Origin: Waterburya sp.
GTDB taxonomy: Bacteria > Cyanobacteriota > Cyanobacteriia > Cyanobacteriales > Xenococcaceae
DNA: 64,000 nucleotides
Direction of reading: 5' to 3'
Assembly (NCBI GenBank): GCA_965217895.1
Contig: CBDCJV010000002.1
Coordinates: 448,001-512,000 of the forward strand
Shown: positions 10,201-19,345 of the stretch, piece by piece
How positions within the stretch are numbered: the first letter of the stretch is position 1
How the letters are laid out: every line of letters starts with the position of its first letter
Notes under the pieces: generated by a model
What the model was told of the DNA's origin: nothing
Databases searched by the model: none
The model's input: the letters and a program-made list of their open reading frames with translations, nothing else
Position numbers and translations under genes: made by a program

Positions 10201-13200
10201 ATTTGGGACTCAAACTGATGCTAAACAATTTTGCGCGATCGGTTCGGTAAAAAGTAATGTGGGGCATCTAGTGGCAGCAGCAGGAGTTACAGGGGTGATT
10301 AAAACAGCTTTAGCTCTTTTTAACCAGAAAATTCCCCCTAGCCTTAATTTTGAATCTCCCAACCCTGAAATCGATTTCACTAATAGTCCTTTTTATGTCA
10401 ACAATCAGCTAGTTGACTGGGAAAAGAAACAAAACCGCCGTCGCGCTGGGGTTAGTTCTTTTGGAGTTGGTGGTACTAACGCTCACATTATTTTGGAAGA
10501 AGCACCTCTGGAAAGTCAAAAGTCAAACGTTAAAAGTCAAAAGGAATTTTGGCAATTACTGTTTATTTCGGCTAAAACTGAAGCTGCACTTCAGCAAAAA
10601 ACCGCACAGCTTCAAACCCATCTGCAACAACACCCCGATCTTAATTTGGCAGATGTGGCATATACCCTACAACGGGGTAGACAGACATTTAACTATCGGC
10701 GGTTTGTTGTCTGTCAGCAACAAGAAGCGGTAACTGCACTCGAAACCCTACCCCCAACTCAGGCTATTACTCGCTATACAGAAAAACGCAATCCCGAAGT
10801 AGTTTTTATGTTTCCTGGTCAAGGTTCGCAGTATGTAAATATGGGAGCTAACCTTTATCGAGATGAACCCTTATTTCGTAATATAGTTGATCGCTGCGCT
10901 CAAATTCTGCAACCACTTCTAGATCTAGACTTACGAGAAATTCTGTATCCTCAAGAACAGAATGAGGCATCGGCAGCCCTACTCAAACAGACAATTTATA
11001 CTCAGCCAGCCCTGTTTACGATTGAATATGCCCTAGCGCAACTGTGGCTGAGTTGGGGAATTAAGCCTGTAGCCACAATCGGGCATAGTATTGGTGAGTT
11101 TGTTTCGGCTTGTTTGGCAGGCGTGTTTTCTTTAGAAGATGCCCTCAAGCTAGTGGCAACTAGAGCTAAAATGATGTGGTCGTTACCACCAGGGGCAATG
11201 CTTTCGGTACGTCTTCGGGCTGCGGAAGTAGAACCATTGCTGACTCCAGAATTAGCGATTGCAGCAGTTAATGGACCATTTCTATGTGTAGTCTCAGGAG
11301 CAAACGAAGCAATTGCCAAACTACAGCAAGAATTAGAGGCTAAAGAGATTGTTTGCAAACTCCTGCACACCTCCCATGCTTTTCATTCGCCAATGATGGA
11401 TGCGATCGTCGAACCATTTGCCGAGGTGGTTCGCACACTTAAGCTCTTTCCTCCTCAGATTCCCTTTGTTTCTAGCGTTACTGCCGATTGGATTACCGAG
11501 TCTCAGGCAACCGATCCCAGCTATTGGGCAAATCATTTAAGAGCAACCGTTAGGTTCGCAGAAGGTATACAAACTCTTTGGCAACAGCCAGAACGAGTGT
11601 TGCTAGAAGTTGGACCTCGTACCACTGCTGCTACCTTAGCCCGTCAACAGGCAAAAGATTTAAAGCAACAAATTGCTATTTCTTCTTTGGGTAGCAAAGC
11701 CAAAGATGACTCAGAATGGGCAGCACTTTTACAGGCTTTGGGGCAACTATGGTTAGCGGGTGTACCTATCGACTGGCAAAGTTTTTATACCAATCAAAAA
11801 CGCGATCGCCTGCCCTTACCAACCTATCCATTTGAACGGCAACGCTATTGGATCGAGCCGCTACCAGCGATCGCCAGTAGCGATGATTCTAGTCCAACAG
11901 CAATTATCTCTAGAGAAAATTCAGTTTCTATTCCCATATCAAAAGAATCAAATATTATTATGTCTAATTCCCGTAAGCAACGTTTGATCCCAATTTTAAA
12001 AGAAGTTCTAGAAGCAACCTCTGGTTTAGAACTAGCTAGTGTAGACGAGTCGATTACTTTTTTGGAGATGGGCTTAGATTCCCTGTCTTTAACTCAAGTT
12101 GCGATCGCTTTAAAGAAAAAGTTCAAAGTAAAAATTGCTTTCCGCAACTTGCTAGAAGACTATCCCAATTTAGATACTCTAGCAGCATTTTTGGATACAA
12201 CCTTACCAGCAGATGCTTTTCCTGCCCCCGAAACAGTTGCCGAGCAACCCGTTTCATCTACGCCAGTGTCAACTATGAATACATCTTTTGAATCAACTAA
12301 CAGCAATGGTAAAGGTAACTATGAACTCAAACCACAGCTAATTGCCAACTCTGAAACATCAAGTGGAATTGAAGCGGTGGTTGCTCAACAGTTACAGATC
12401 ATGAATCAGCAGCTAGAGCTTCTGCGTCAAGGAGGAGTCAGCGTCACACCTTCAACTGTTCCTCAGCAGCCAACCACTACACAACCTAGTATTTCTCCAT
12501 CCCCTGCTGCGCCTGCGGTTAAAACCACTTCTGAGCCAGCTAAACCGCCAAAAATGCACGGGCCTGGAGCCAAAATTAAAAAATCTCAAGACACTACCTT
12601 AAGCTCAGAACAACAGCAGGCAATCGATCGCTTGATCGATCGCTACACAAAGCGCACTCAAGAATCTAAACGTCAAACTCAAGAACATCGTCCCTACCTA
12701 TCAGATCCGCGCACAGTTTCTGGTTTTAGTCCTCTTTTAAAAGAGATGGTTTACCCGATTGTCACAGATCGCTCTGCTGGTTCTCGCCTCTGGGATGTCG
12801 ATGGTAACGAATATATCGATCTAACCAATGGTTTTGGCTTAAATTTCTTCGGTTGGTCGCCAGAATTTGTCAAACAAGCCGTGATCGCTCAAATGGACAA
12901 GGGAATTGAAATAGGGCCTCAATCTCCTTTAGCAGGCAAAGTTGCCAAAATGGTGAGCGAATTTACAGGCATGGAACGGGTGGCATTTTGTAATACGGGT
13001 TCAGAAGCAGTAATGGCAGCTTTGCGTCTGGCTCGTACCGTTACTGGACGTAACACGGTAGCTATCTTTAACGGTGGTTATCACGGCACCTTTGATGAGG
13101 TTATCGTTCGCAGTGGTGCTAACCTCAAATCCTTACCTGCTGCCCCAGGGATTATGTCTTCGATGTTTGAAAATATTTTAGTGCTAGATTACGGCACACG

Positions 13201-14095
13201 AGAATCTCTGGAGATTTTACGTAATCAAGCCGATGACCTAGCAGCAATCATGGTAGAACCCGTGCAGAGTCGCAAACCAGGATTGCAGCCAGTAGAATTT
13301 TTACGGGATGTACGAGAGTTAACCGAAAAGTCAGAAACAGCATTTATTTTTGATGAGGTAGTAACAGGATTCCGCGTTCATCCTGGTGGCGCGCAGGCTT
13401 ACTTTAATATTCGAGCCGACTTGGCAACTTACGGAAAAGTAGTTGGTGGTGGCATACCCATTGGGATTTTGGCAGGAAAAGCCGAGTACATGGATGCCCT
13501 GGATGGAGGCTTCTGGAAGTTTGGCGACAATTCCATTCCTGAAGTGGGTGTCACCTTCTTTGCTGGTACTTTTGTCCGTCACCCCATGGCGTTAGCAGCA
13601 GCGGAGGCGGTGTTGTTAAAACTCAAAGAAGGCGGGGCAGATCTGCAACAATCTCTGAGCGTCAAGGTTGAGAAGTTTGTCAAACACCTCAGACAACATT
13701 TTGCTCACGTCGGCGCACCCATTAATATTGACTATTTTAGTTCCTTCTTCTATGTTACCTATCCTGATGAAGTAACCTATGGCGGTTTGCTGTTTTATTT
13801 GTTGCGCTCAAAAGGAGTTCATATTTGGGAATATCGTCCTTGTTTCTTGACTCTGGCACACACAGATGAAGATATTGAGTTTGTAATCAGGGCATTTAAA
13901 GATAGCGTGGCTGAATTACAAGGGATGGGATTATTGCCTGGGAAAACCGTTGAAACTAACGGCAACGGCAAAAGCGATCGCAATTTTCCGCCTCAACCAG
14001 GTGCGCGTTTGGGTAAAGATCCTCAAGGTAATCCTGCTTGGTATATTCCTGATCTAGAACGCCCTGGTAAGTATTTACAAGTTGGAGGTGTTTGA
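7298..14095 (+). CDS. Hybrid NRPS/PKS: A-T-KS-AT-ACP-class III aminotransferase
   Basis: A: YTSGSTGKPKG, YGPTE, YRTGD, NGKVDR. T: LGGTSL. KS: TACSTS, HGTAT, GHL. AT: GHSIG and HAFH (malonyl type). ACP: GLDSL. Aminotransferase: FDEVVTGFR and TYGKVVGGG (PLP lysine). No KR or DH seen. Confidence 0.95.
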   Translation: MATSYNQQNSLTEKEQYRLLLEWSRNKVNYPQQKSIHQLFAEQVIKTPAKTAVILPENESIKTNQINYQELDRRANILANILQRQNVQPGTAIALMMNRSLELIVAILGILKAGGVYVPLAPSYPQERLAWMLEDSRSPIILTQSALVTSLPAHDAEIICLDRDWGKDLELDTCLPSIEVDSHSLAYINYTSGSTGKPKGVAVPHRGVVRLVIGSDFTPLDGNQTLLQLAPISFDAATFEIWGALLHGGCCVLYPDNGLPDPQTLSRVIKDYNVTTIWLTAALFNTLITEAPECLQGVKEILTGGEALSVAHIKRAQQLLPNTQLINGYGPTENTTFTCCYRLPNPLEDNVTSIPIGKAIANTEVYILDTKLQPVPIGEAGELYIGGDGLARGYLNRPDLTAEKFIPHPFKEDNTARLYRTGDEVRYLADGNIEFIGRLDNQVKLRGYRIELSEIEIALTQHDTILDAVVVCREDNRGNKYLAAYITFQTNQKINVEQLKDYLHFKLPDYMVPTSIMVIQKIPLTVNGKVDRQALPIPNQEIFSQRLQIPQTEIEKNLARIWCEVLGLEQVGIEDNFFDLGGTSLLGLQLITRIQKSFAIELRAVKLYQYPNIYKLAQYLVEKANQRSTQLKTQQNKSTSLSAGIAIVGMVGRFPGAGSVDQFWDNLCQGVESNTWFTDEQIDPSVDRELLADPNYIRARGIIEGAELFDASFFNISPREAEVMDPQARVFLELAYEALENAGYTAESFAGKIGLYAGSGQNTYFENHLCGRKEIIDRLGAFQTMLANEKDFVTTRISYKLNLTGPSISINTACSTSLVAIIQAFQGLKARQCDMALAGGVSIGTPQNRGYLYQEGGMLSPDGRCRPFDANGSGTLFNNGAGIVVLKRVEDALEDGDRIYAVIRGVGMNNDGADKVSFTAPSVNGQMNAILEAQLNAGINPETIDYIETHGTATHLGDPIELEALTQAFGTQTDAKQFCAIGSVKSNVGHLVAAAGVTGVIKTALALFNQKIPPSLNFESPNPEIDFTNSPFYVNNQLVDWEKKQNRRRAGVSSFGVGGTNAHIILEEAPLESQKSNVKSQKEFWQLLFISAKTEAALQQKTAQLQTHLQQHPDLNLADVAYTLQRGRQTFNYRRFVVCQQQEAVTALETLPPTQAITRYTEKRNPEVVFMFPGQGSQYVNMGANLYRDEPLFRNIVDRCAQILQPLLDLDLREILYPQEQNEASAALLKQTIYTQPALFTIEYALAQLWLSWGIKPVATIGHSIGEFVSACLAGVFSLEDALKLVATRAKMMWSLPPGAMLSVRLRAAEVEPLLTPELAIAAVNGPFLCVVSGANEAIAKLQQELEAKEIVCKLLHTSHAFHSPMMDAIVEPFAEVVRTLKLFPPQIPFVSSVTADWITESQATDPSYWANHLRATVRFAEGIQTLWQQPERVLLEVGPRTTAATLARQQAKDLKQQIAISSLGSKAKDDSEWAALLQALGQLWLAGVPIDWQSFYTNQKRDRLPLPTYPFERQRYWIEPLPAIASSDDSSPTAIISRENSVSIPISKESNIIMSNSRKQRLIPILKEVLEATSGLELASVDESITFLEMGLDSLSLTQVAIALKKKFKVKIAFRNLLEDYPNLDTLAAFLDTTLPADAFPAPETVAEQPVSSTPVSTMNTSFESTNSNGKGNYELKPQLIANSETSSGIEAVVAQQLQIMNQQLELLRQGGVSVTPSTVPQQPTTTQPSISPSPAAPAVKTTSEPAKPPKMHGPGAKIKKSQDTTLSSEQQQAIDRLIDRYTKRTQESKRQTQEHRPYLSDPRTVSGFSPLLKEMVYPIVTDRSAGSRLWDVDGNEYIDLTNGFGLNFFGWSPEFVKQAVIAQMDKGIEIGPQSPLAGKVAKMVSEFTGMERVAFCNTGSEAVMAALRLARTVTGRNTVAIFNGGYHGTFDEVIVRSGANLKSLPAAPGIMSSMFENILVLDYGTRESLEILRNQADDLAAIMVEPVQSRKPGLQPVEFLRDVRELTEKSETAFIFDEVVTGFRVHPGGAQAYFNIRADLATYGKVVGGGIPIGILAGKAEYMDALDGGFWKFGDNSIPEVGVTFFAGTFVRHPMALAAAEAVLLKLKEGGADLQQSLSVKVEKFVKHLRQHFAHVGAPINIDYFSSFFYVTYPDEVTYGGLLFYLLRSKGVHIWEYRPCFLTLAHTDEDIEFVIRAFKDSVAELQGMGLLPGKTVETNGNGKSDRNFPPQPGARLGKDPQGNPAWYIPDLERPGKYLQVGGV
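10512..10543 (+). repeat. STRR-like heptamer repeat (AAAAGTC)n inside the KS-AT linker
   Basis: aaagtc aaaagtc aaacgtt aaaagtc aaaag; encodes ESQKSNVKSQK in frame. Confidence 0.6.
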
Positions 14096-14175
14096 TGGAA
14101 GTAAAAGTTTAAAACTATTCCGCTGCATTTTTTTGTTCCAAGGCACTTTTTAAAATATCAAACTTTTTACTTTTT

Positions 14176-15138
14176 ATGTCTTTAGTATTTAGTAATTCAG
14201 TACCTAAGCCAGCTTTACCAAATCAGATCGTCAACAAGAATTCCCAAGACTTCCGCGATAAATTCAACCAAAAATCTTTTGAGTTCTCCCATAATTTGAC
14301 AGGGCATCCTTTATTTGAGATTCCTCGCTTGCTTGAGTTGGCAAATACCATTGCACTCAAATACGATCTTAATAAGGTAGTCTGTTTATCAAGTAACATA
14401 ACACCATCTCAAAAATGGTCAGATATGACTCGTAGTGAGCAAGTATCTGAGGCGATTTCTCACATTGAAGAATCTGGTTCATTAATCTTGATCAAAAGTG
14501 CCAATCTCGATCCAGACTATAAATTTCTAATGAAGCAGATTTTAGTCGAACTGGAAGAACTTACAGGCGTTCCCCTGCAAAAAGAGATTACCTGGGCAGA
14601 AGCATATATATTTATCTCTTCTCCCAATTCAATAACTCCTTATCATATTGACCACGAATCAAATTTCCTGTTTCAAATTAAAGGTGAAAAAGATGTTCAT
14701 CTGTTTGACCAGTCAGATCGTTCAATTCTCACCGAAAGAGAAATCGAAGAATATTTTGCTGGTGATTTGCAAGCAGCTACTTACAAAGAAGAAAATCAAA
14801 ATAAAGCGAATACATACCATTTGATTCCAGGTACAGCGGTTCATCATCCATCTTTAGCCCCACACTGGCTCAAAAATAAAGATCGCGCTTCTGTTTCTTT
14901 AAGTATCAACTTCTGTCTGCGCTCGGTGGATCTCAATGCCAGAGTTTATCAAACCAACCATTTCTTAAGAAAGTTGGGTTGGAATCCAACTCCGCCTCAG
15001 TCTTCGATAATTAAGGATCGAGTCAAAATGATGGCGATGGGCGTTTTTGCGAAAAGTAAACCAGATATTAAGGATGACGTGACTTTTTCTGGCGTTACGC
15101 GCTTTAAAGAATTATCAAAAAAACTATTAAAAAAATAA
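14176..15138 (+). CDS. JmjC/cupin-like Fe(II)/2-oxoglutarate oxygenase (putative hydroxylase)
   Basis: TPYHIDHESNFLFQIKGEK (HxD) plus a distal His in APHW; double-stranded beta-helix pattern. Confidence 0.75.
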   Translation: MSLVFSNSVPKPALPNQIVNKNSQDFRDKFNQKSFEFSHNLTGHPLFEIPRLLELANTIALKYDLNKVVCLSSNITPSQKWSDMTRSEQVSEAISHIEESGSLILIKSANLDPDYKFLMKQILVELEELTGVPLQKEITWAEAYIFISSPNSITPYHIDHESNFLFQIKGEKDVHLFDQSDRSILTEREIEEYFAGDLQAATYKEENQNKANTYHLIPGTAVHHPSLAPHWLKNKDRASVSLSINFCLRSVDLNARVYQTNHFLRKLGWNPTPPQSSIIKDRVKMMAMGVFAKSKPDIKDDVTFSGVTRFKELSKKLLKK

Positions 15139-15144
15139 ATTACG

Positions 15145-16026
15145 ATGAAAGAAAATTCCTATAAAGGTTCTAAACAAATTTTACGTGAATTAGTAGTTAG
15201 TTTACCAGTTATCTCCGATTACTATCTTTACCACTGGGTATTTCCGAGAGCTAGTGCCAGTTGCCGAGAAGTTTTCTCATCTTTTGCCGAAGCAAGAAAG
15301 GCAATACCCAATCGGGTTTCAGTCGGCTACAACCAACCCTTGTTTTATAACGAATCTCCCCAAGAAAATATCAAAAATATGGAGATGATTGGCACCCTAA
15401 ACAAGCCCATAGATTATCCAGTGCTGGTATGGCTTCGAGAAGCATTTACTGATAGCTCTACTGTGTTTGATTTGGGAGGAAATACTGGTTTTGGTTATTA
15501 TGGCTTCCAAAAATTTATTCCCTTTCCTTCTAAACTGGAGTGGAAAGTCTGCGATCTGCCAGAAGCAGTAAAAGCTGGTAGTGAAATTTTGAAGTGTATT
15601 GACAGCCCTGGATTATCTTATACCACTAATACCGAAGACGCAGAAGGAGCAGATATCTATATTACCTGTGGCACTCTTCAGTATATGGAGCCTTCTTTAG
15701 AAGAATTACTAGGGCAGCTTACTGCCTTACCTCGTCATCTAATCATTCACCATGTCCCTTTCTACGATGGAGAAGAATACTTTACCTTTCAAAACTTACT
15801 AGAGTCTTACGTCCCCTATAAAATTCAAAATCGCGATCGCTTTATTAACTCCCTGACTAATCTTGGTTACGAACTTATTGACAGTTGGCAAGTAGATCGC
15901 ACTTGTCGCATTCCTTTTCATCCAGAACTTTTTGTCGAAGCTTATCACGGCTTTTATTTAAAACTTAAAACAGTAACGACATCGGCTCAAGCAGAGCCGT
16001 TTTTATCTCAATCAGCACATTACTAA
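15145..16026 (+). CDS. SAM-dependent methyltransferase (TIGR04325/LIC12133-like)
   Basis: DYPVLVWL, VFDLGGNTG SAM motif, WKVCDLP, GTLQY. Confidence 0.75.
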   Translation: MKENSYKGSKQILRELVVSLPVISDYYLYHWVFPRASASCREVFSSFAEARKAIPNRVSVGYNQPLFYNESPQENIKNMEMIGTLNKPIDYPVLVWLREAFTDSSTVFDLGGNTGFGYYGFQKFIPFPSKLEWKVCDLPEAVKAGSEILKCIDSPGLSYTTNTEDAEGADIYITCGTLQYMEPSLEELLGQLTALPRHLIIHHVPFYDGEEYFTFQNLLESYVPYKIQNRDRFINSLTNLGYELIDSWQVDRTCRIPFHPELFVEAYHGFYLKLKTVTTSAQAEPFLSQSAHY

Positions 16027-16072
16027 AAATTGAAGCTGCACTTAAAAAAGATTTTTTAAAATTTAAATACCC

Positions 16073-19000
16073 ATGAATTCATTACCTGTAGACCTACAAA
16101 ATACAGCTACTGCTGTTGATTTCGATCCGTTTGCTGATGGAGATATACAACTGACTGCTCAGGCAACCGAAGCCCAAAGAGAGATCTGGGCATCTGTGAG
16201 AATGGGCGATGATGCCAACCGTGCTTATAACGAATCAGTCGAGTTGAGCTTGAAAGGAGAACTAAATCTTGAGGCACTGCAAACCTCATGGCAAAAAGTG
16301 GTCGAGCGACACGAATCTCTACGGACTACGATTAGTCCTGATGGTAACAATCTTTGTATTAGCACTTCGCCGATTTTTAAAGTATTGCCAATCGATCTGT
16401 CCCAATTGAGTCTGGAAGAGCAAGAGGCAAAAATTGTCAAATTCAAACAGCAAGCAGTCACTCAAACCTTCGACTTAGAACATGGACCTCTATTGCGAGT
16501 AGAGTTGCTAAAGCTAAATCATCACCAACACCACCTAATTTTGACTGCCCATCATATTATCTGTGATGGTTGGTCTTGGGCAGTAATAGTTACTGAGTTG
16601 GGTAAAATATATTCGGCATTAAAACAAGGAACTACAGCAGAACTAGAGCAAAGCGATCGCTTTAGTGATTATGCTCTAATGCTGGAAGAGAGCGCAAATG
16701 ATCCAGAAACCATTGCCACAGAAGAATACTGGGTACAACAATTTTCTGGTTCTGTTCCTACGGTAGATTTTCCCACAGATCGTCCCCGTCCACCCCTGCG
16801 AACCTTTAATTCTCAGCGCGAAGATTGGCAAATTTCTGAAACTTTAGTTACTGCCATCAAGCAACTAGGAACTAAGTTTGGCTGTAGTTTTATGACTACT
16901 CTGTTGTCTGGTTTCGAAGTTTTTCTCTATCGTTTAACTGGTCAAGAAGACTTAGTTGTGGGTATTTCCGCAGCAGGACAGGCAGCAACAGGTAATTATA
17001 ATTTAGTAGGACATTGTGTTAATTTACTGCCACTGCGTACTCAGATAGATTCTCAAGAGTCATTCAGCGATTACCTTAAAAAGCGTAAGACAACTGTTTT
17101 GGATGCTTATGATCGCCAACAATTTACTTTTGGTAGTTTACTGCAAAAACTAGCTTTACCTCGCGATCCTAGCCGTATTCCTTTAGTGCCGATTATTTTT
17201 AATATCGACCAAGGTTTAGATACTAACACTTTAAATTTTGACAGTTTGGAAGTTGAATTCTTTTCCAATCCTCGTGCTTATGAAAACTTTGAAATATTTA
17301 TCAATGCCACTGAGTTGCGAGGCAAACTGACTTTAGAGTGTCAATATAATACAAATTTATTTGATCGCGAAACTATTTGTCGTCGTTTGGCAGAATTTGA
17401 AACTTTATTAACTAGTATTGTTGCTAACCCCGATGAAATGATTGCCACTATTGGTCTACTGCCAAAAGCAGAACGGCAATTACTAGAACGGTGGAATCAA
17501 ACAGAAACAGACTATCCTCAAAACTTATGTATCCATCAATTAGTAGAAGCTCAAGTAGCCAAAAATCCTGACGCGATCGCAGTTGTTTTTGAAGAGCGGC
17601 AAATTACTTATCAAGAACTTAATCAACGAGCCAATAAGTTAGCTGCTTACTTGGTTAGTTTAGGAGTAAAACCAGAGGTTAAGGTAGGAATTTGTATAGA
17701 GCGATCGCTTGAAATGGTAGTTGGGTTGCTAGGTATACTCAAAGCAGGAGGAGCTTATGTTCCCATCGATCCTGCTTATCCTTCAGACAGAATTGCTTTT
17801 TTACTAGAAGATGCTCAAGTTACCGTTTTAGTTACTCAAGAATCTTTAAAATCTGGTCTACCAAAATATACAGCCAAAGTTGTTTGTTTAGATTCCGATT
17901 GGGAGACTATTAATAACACTAAAGCAATTAGTTCTATTGACATTAAACCCGATAATTTAGCCTACGTTATTTATACTTCTGGTTCTACAGGTAAACCCAA
18001 AGGAGTTTTAATTCCTCATTCTAATGCTGTCAATCTCTTACACAGCATTCAACAAAAACCAGGTTTGACAGCAGAAGATGTTTTGCTAGCGGTTACAACT
18101 ATTGCTTTTGATATTGCCCTATCAGAAATTTTCTTACCCCTATCTGTAGGCGCAAAGTTAGTCTTAGTTAGCCAGCAGGTTGCTGCCGATGGAGTTCAGT
18201 TGCTTGAGACACTAAATCTAAATACTTCTGGGGCAACCTTTATGCAGCCTACCCCGATTACTTGGCGATTATTGCTAGAGGCTGGTTGGCAGGGAAATTC
18301 AAACCTGAAAATGATTTCGACTGGGGAAGCATTACCTAGAGAGCTAGCTAATCGGTTATTGCCAATGGGGACAGAGCTTTGGAATCTTTATGGTCCTACA
18401 GAGATCACTATTTGGGCAACTAGCTGTCAAGTTAAAGAAGGCAACAAAAACATCAATATTGGATACCCTATCGCCAATACTCAAACATACATTTTAGATG
18501 CCAACTTACAGCCTGTTCCCATTGGTGTACCAGGAGAACTGCATATCGGTGGAGCGGGTGTGGCAAGAGGATATTTAAATCGTCCTGAACTCACCCAAGA
18601 AAAATTTATTGCCAATCCTTTTAGTCTAGATACTCAAAGTAGATTGTATAAAACTGGTGACTTAGCCAGATTCTTGCCCGATGGACAGATTGAGTGTTTG
18701 GGTAGGATTGACTACCAAGTAAAAGTGCGCGGCTTCCGCATCGAATTGGGAGAAATTGAAGCGATAATGGCTGAATATCCAATAGTAAAAGAAGCTGTGG
18801 CGATCGCACGAGAAGATTCGCCAGGAGAAAAATTATTGGTAGGCTATTTTGTTGCCAATACAGATGATAAAGATGCTGACGAGCATATCCCCGAACTACG
18901 TCTTTTCCTCAAAGAGAGATTGCCCGACTATATGGTGCCGACGCAATTTATGGCGTTGGATGCTATGCCACTCACGCCCAATGGCAAAGTTGATCGCAAG

Positions 19001-19345
19001 GCATTACCAAAACCCGATAATTATCGAGCGGCTCTAGCAGCTAATTATGTAGCTCCTCGTAATGAACTAGAATCACAAGTAGCTGAAATTTGGGCTGAAG
19101 TCCTTGAGGTAGAGCGAGTGGGGATTTATGATAATTTCTTTGAACTGGGTGGTTACTCCCTCTTGGCGATTCAAATTGTTTCTCGTTTACGACAAAGTTT
19201 ACAGATTGAAATTCTCTTACCCAATTTATTTGAATTACCTACCGTAGCTGATTTGGCTACCCGCATTTCGGCTTTACGTTGGGCTGCTCAAAGCCAATTA
19301 TCTAGTGAAGAAGTAGATGAAGATTACGAAGAGGGAGAATTATGA
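16073..19345 (+). CDS. NRPS module C-A-T
   Basis: C: HHIICDGWS. A: YTSGSTGKPKG, LYGPTE, YKTGD. T: LGGYSL. Acidic C-terminal docking tail DYEEGEL. Confidence 0.95.
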   Translation: MNSLPVDLQNTATAVDFDPFADGDIQLTAQATEAQREIWASVRMGDDANRAYNESVELSLKGELNLEALQTSWQKVVERHESLRTTISPDGNNLCISTSPIFKVLPIDLSQLSLEEQEAKIVKFKQQAVTQTFDLEHGPLLRVELLKLNHHQHHLILTAHHIICDGWSWAVIVTELGKIYSALKQGTTAELEQSDRFSDYALMLEESANDPETIATEEYWVQQFSGSVPTVDFPTDRPRPPLRTFNSQREDWQISETLVTAIKQLGTKFGCSFMTTLLSGFEVFLYRLTGQEDLVVGISAAGQAATGNYNLVGHCVNLLPLRTQIDSQESFSDYLKKRKTTVLDAYDRQQFTFGSLLQKLALPRDPSRIPLVPIIFNIDQGLDTNTLNFDSLEVEFFSNPRAYENFEIFINATELRGKLTLECQYNTNLFDRETICRRLAEFETLLTSIVANPDEMIATIGLLPKAERQLLERWNQTETDYPQNLCIHQLVEAQVAKNPDAIAVVFEERQITYQELNQRANKLAAYLVSLGVKPEVKVGICIERSLEMVVGLLGILKAGGAYVPIDPAYPSDRIAFLLEDAQVTVLVTQESLKSGLPKYTAKVVCLDSDWETINNTKAISSIDIKPDNLAYVIYTSGSTGKPKGVLIPHSNAVNLLHSIQQKPGLTAEDVLLAVTTIAFDIALSEIFLPLSVGAKLVLVSQQVAADGVQLLETLNLNTSGATFMQPTPITWRLLLEAGWQGNSNLKMISTGEALPRELANRLLPMGTELWNLYGPTEITIWATSCQVKEGNKNINIGYPIANTQTYILDANLQPVPIGVPGELHIGGAGVARGYLNRPELTQEKFIANPFSLDTQSRLYKTGDLARFLPDGQIECLGRIDYQVKVRGFRIELGEIEAIMAEYPIVKEAVAIAREDSPGEKLLVGYFVANTDDKDADEHIPELRLFLKERLPDYMVPTQFMALDAMPLTPNGKVDRKALPKPDNYRAALAANYVAPRNELESQVAEIWAEVLEVERVGIYDNFFELGGYSLLAIQIVSRLRQSLQIEILLPNLFELPTVADLATRISALRWAAQSQLSSEEVDEDYEEGEL

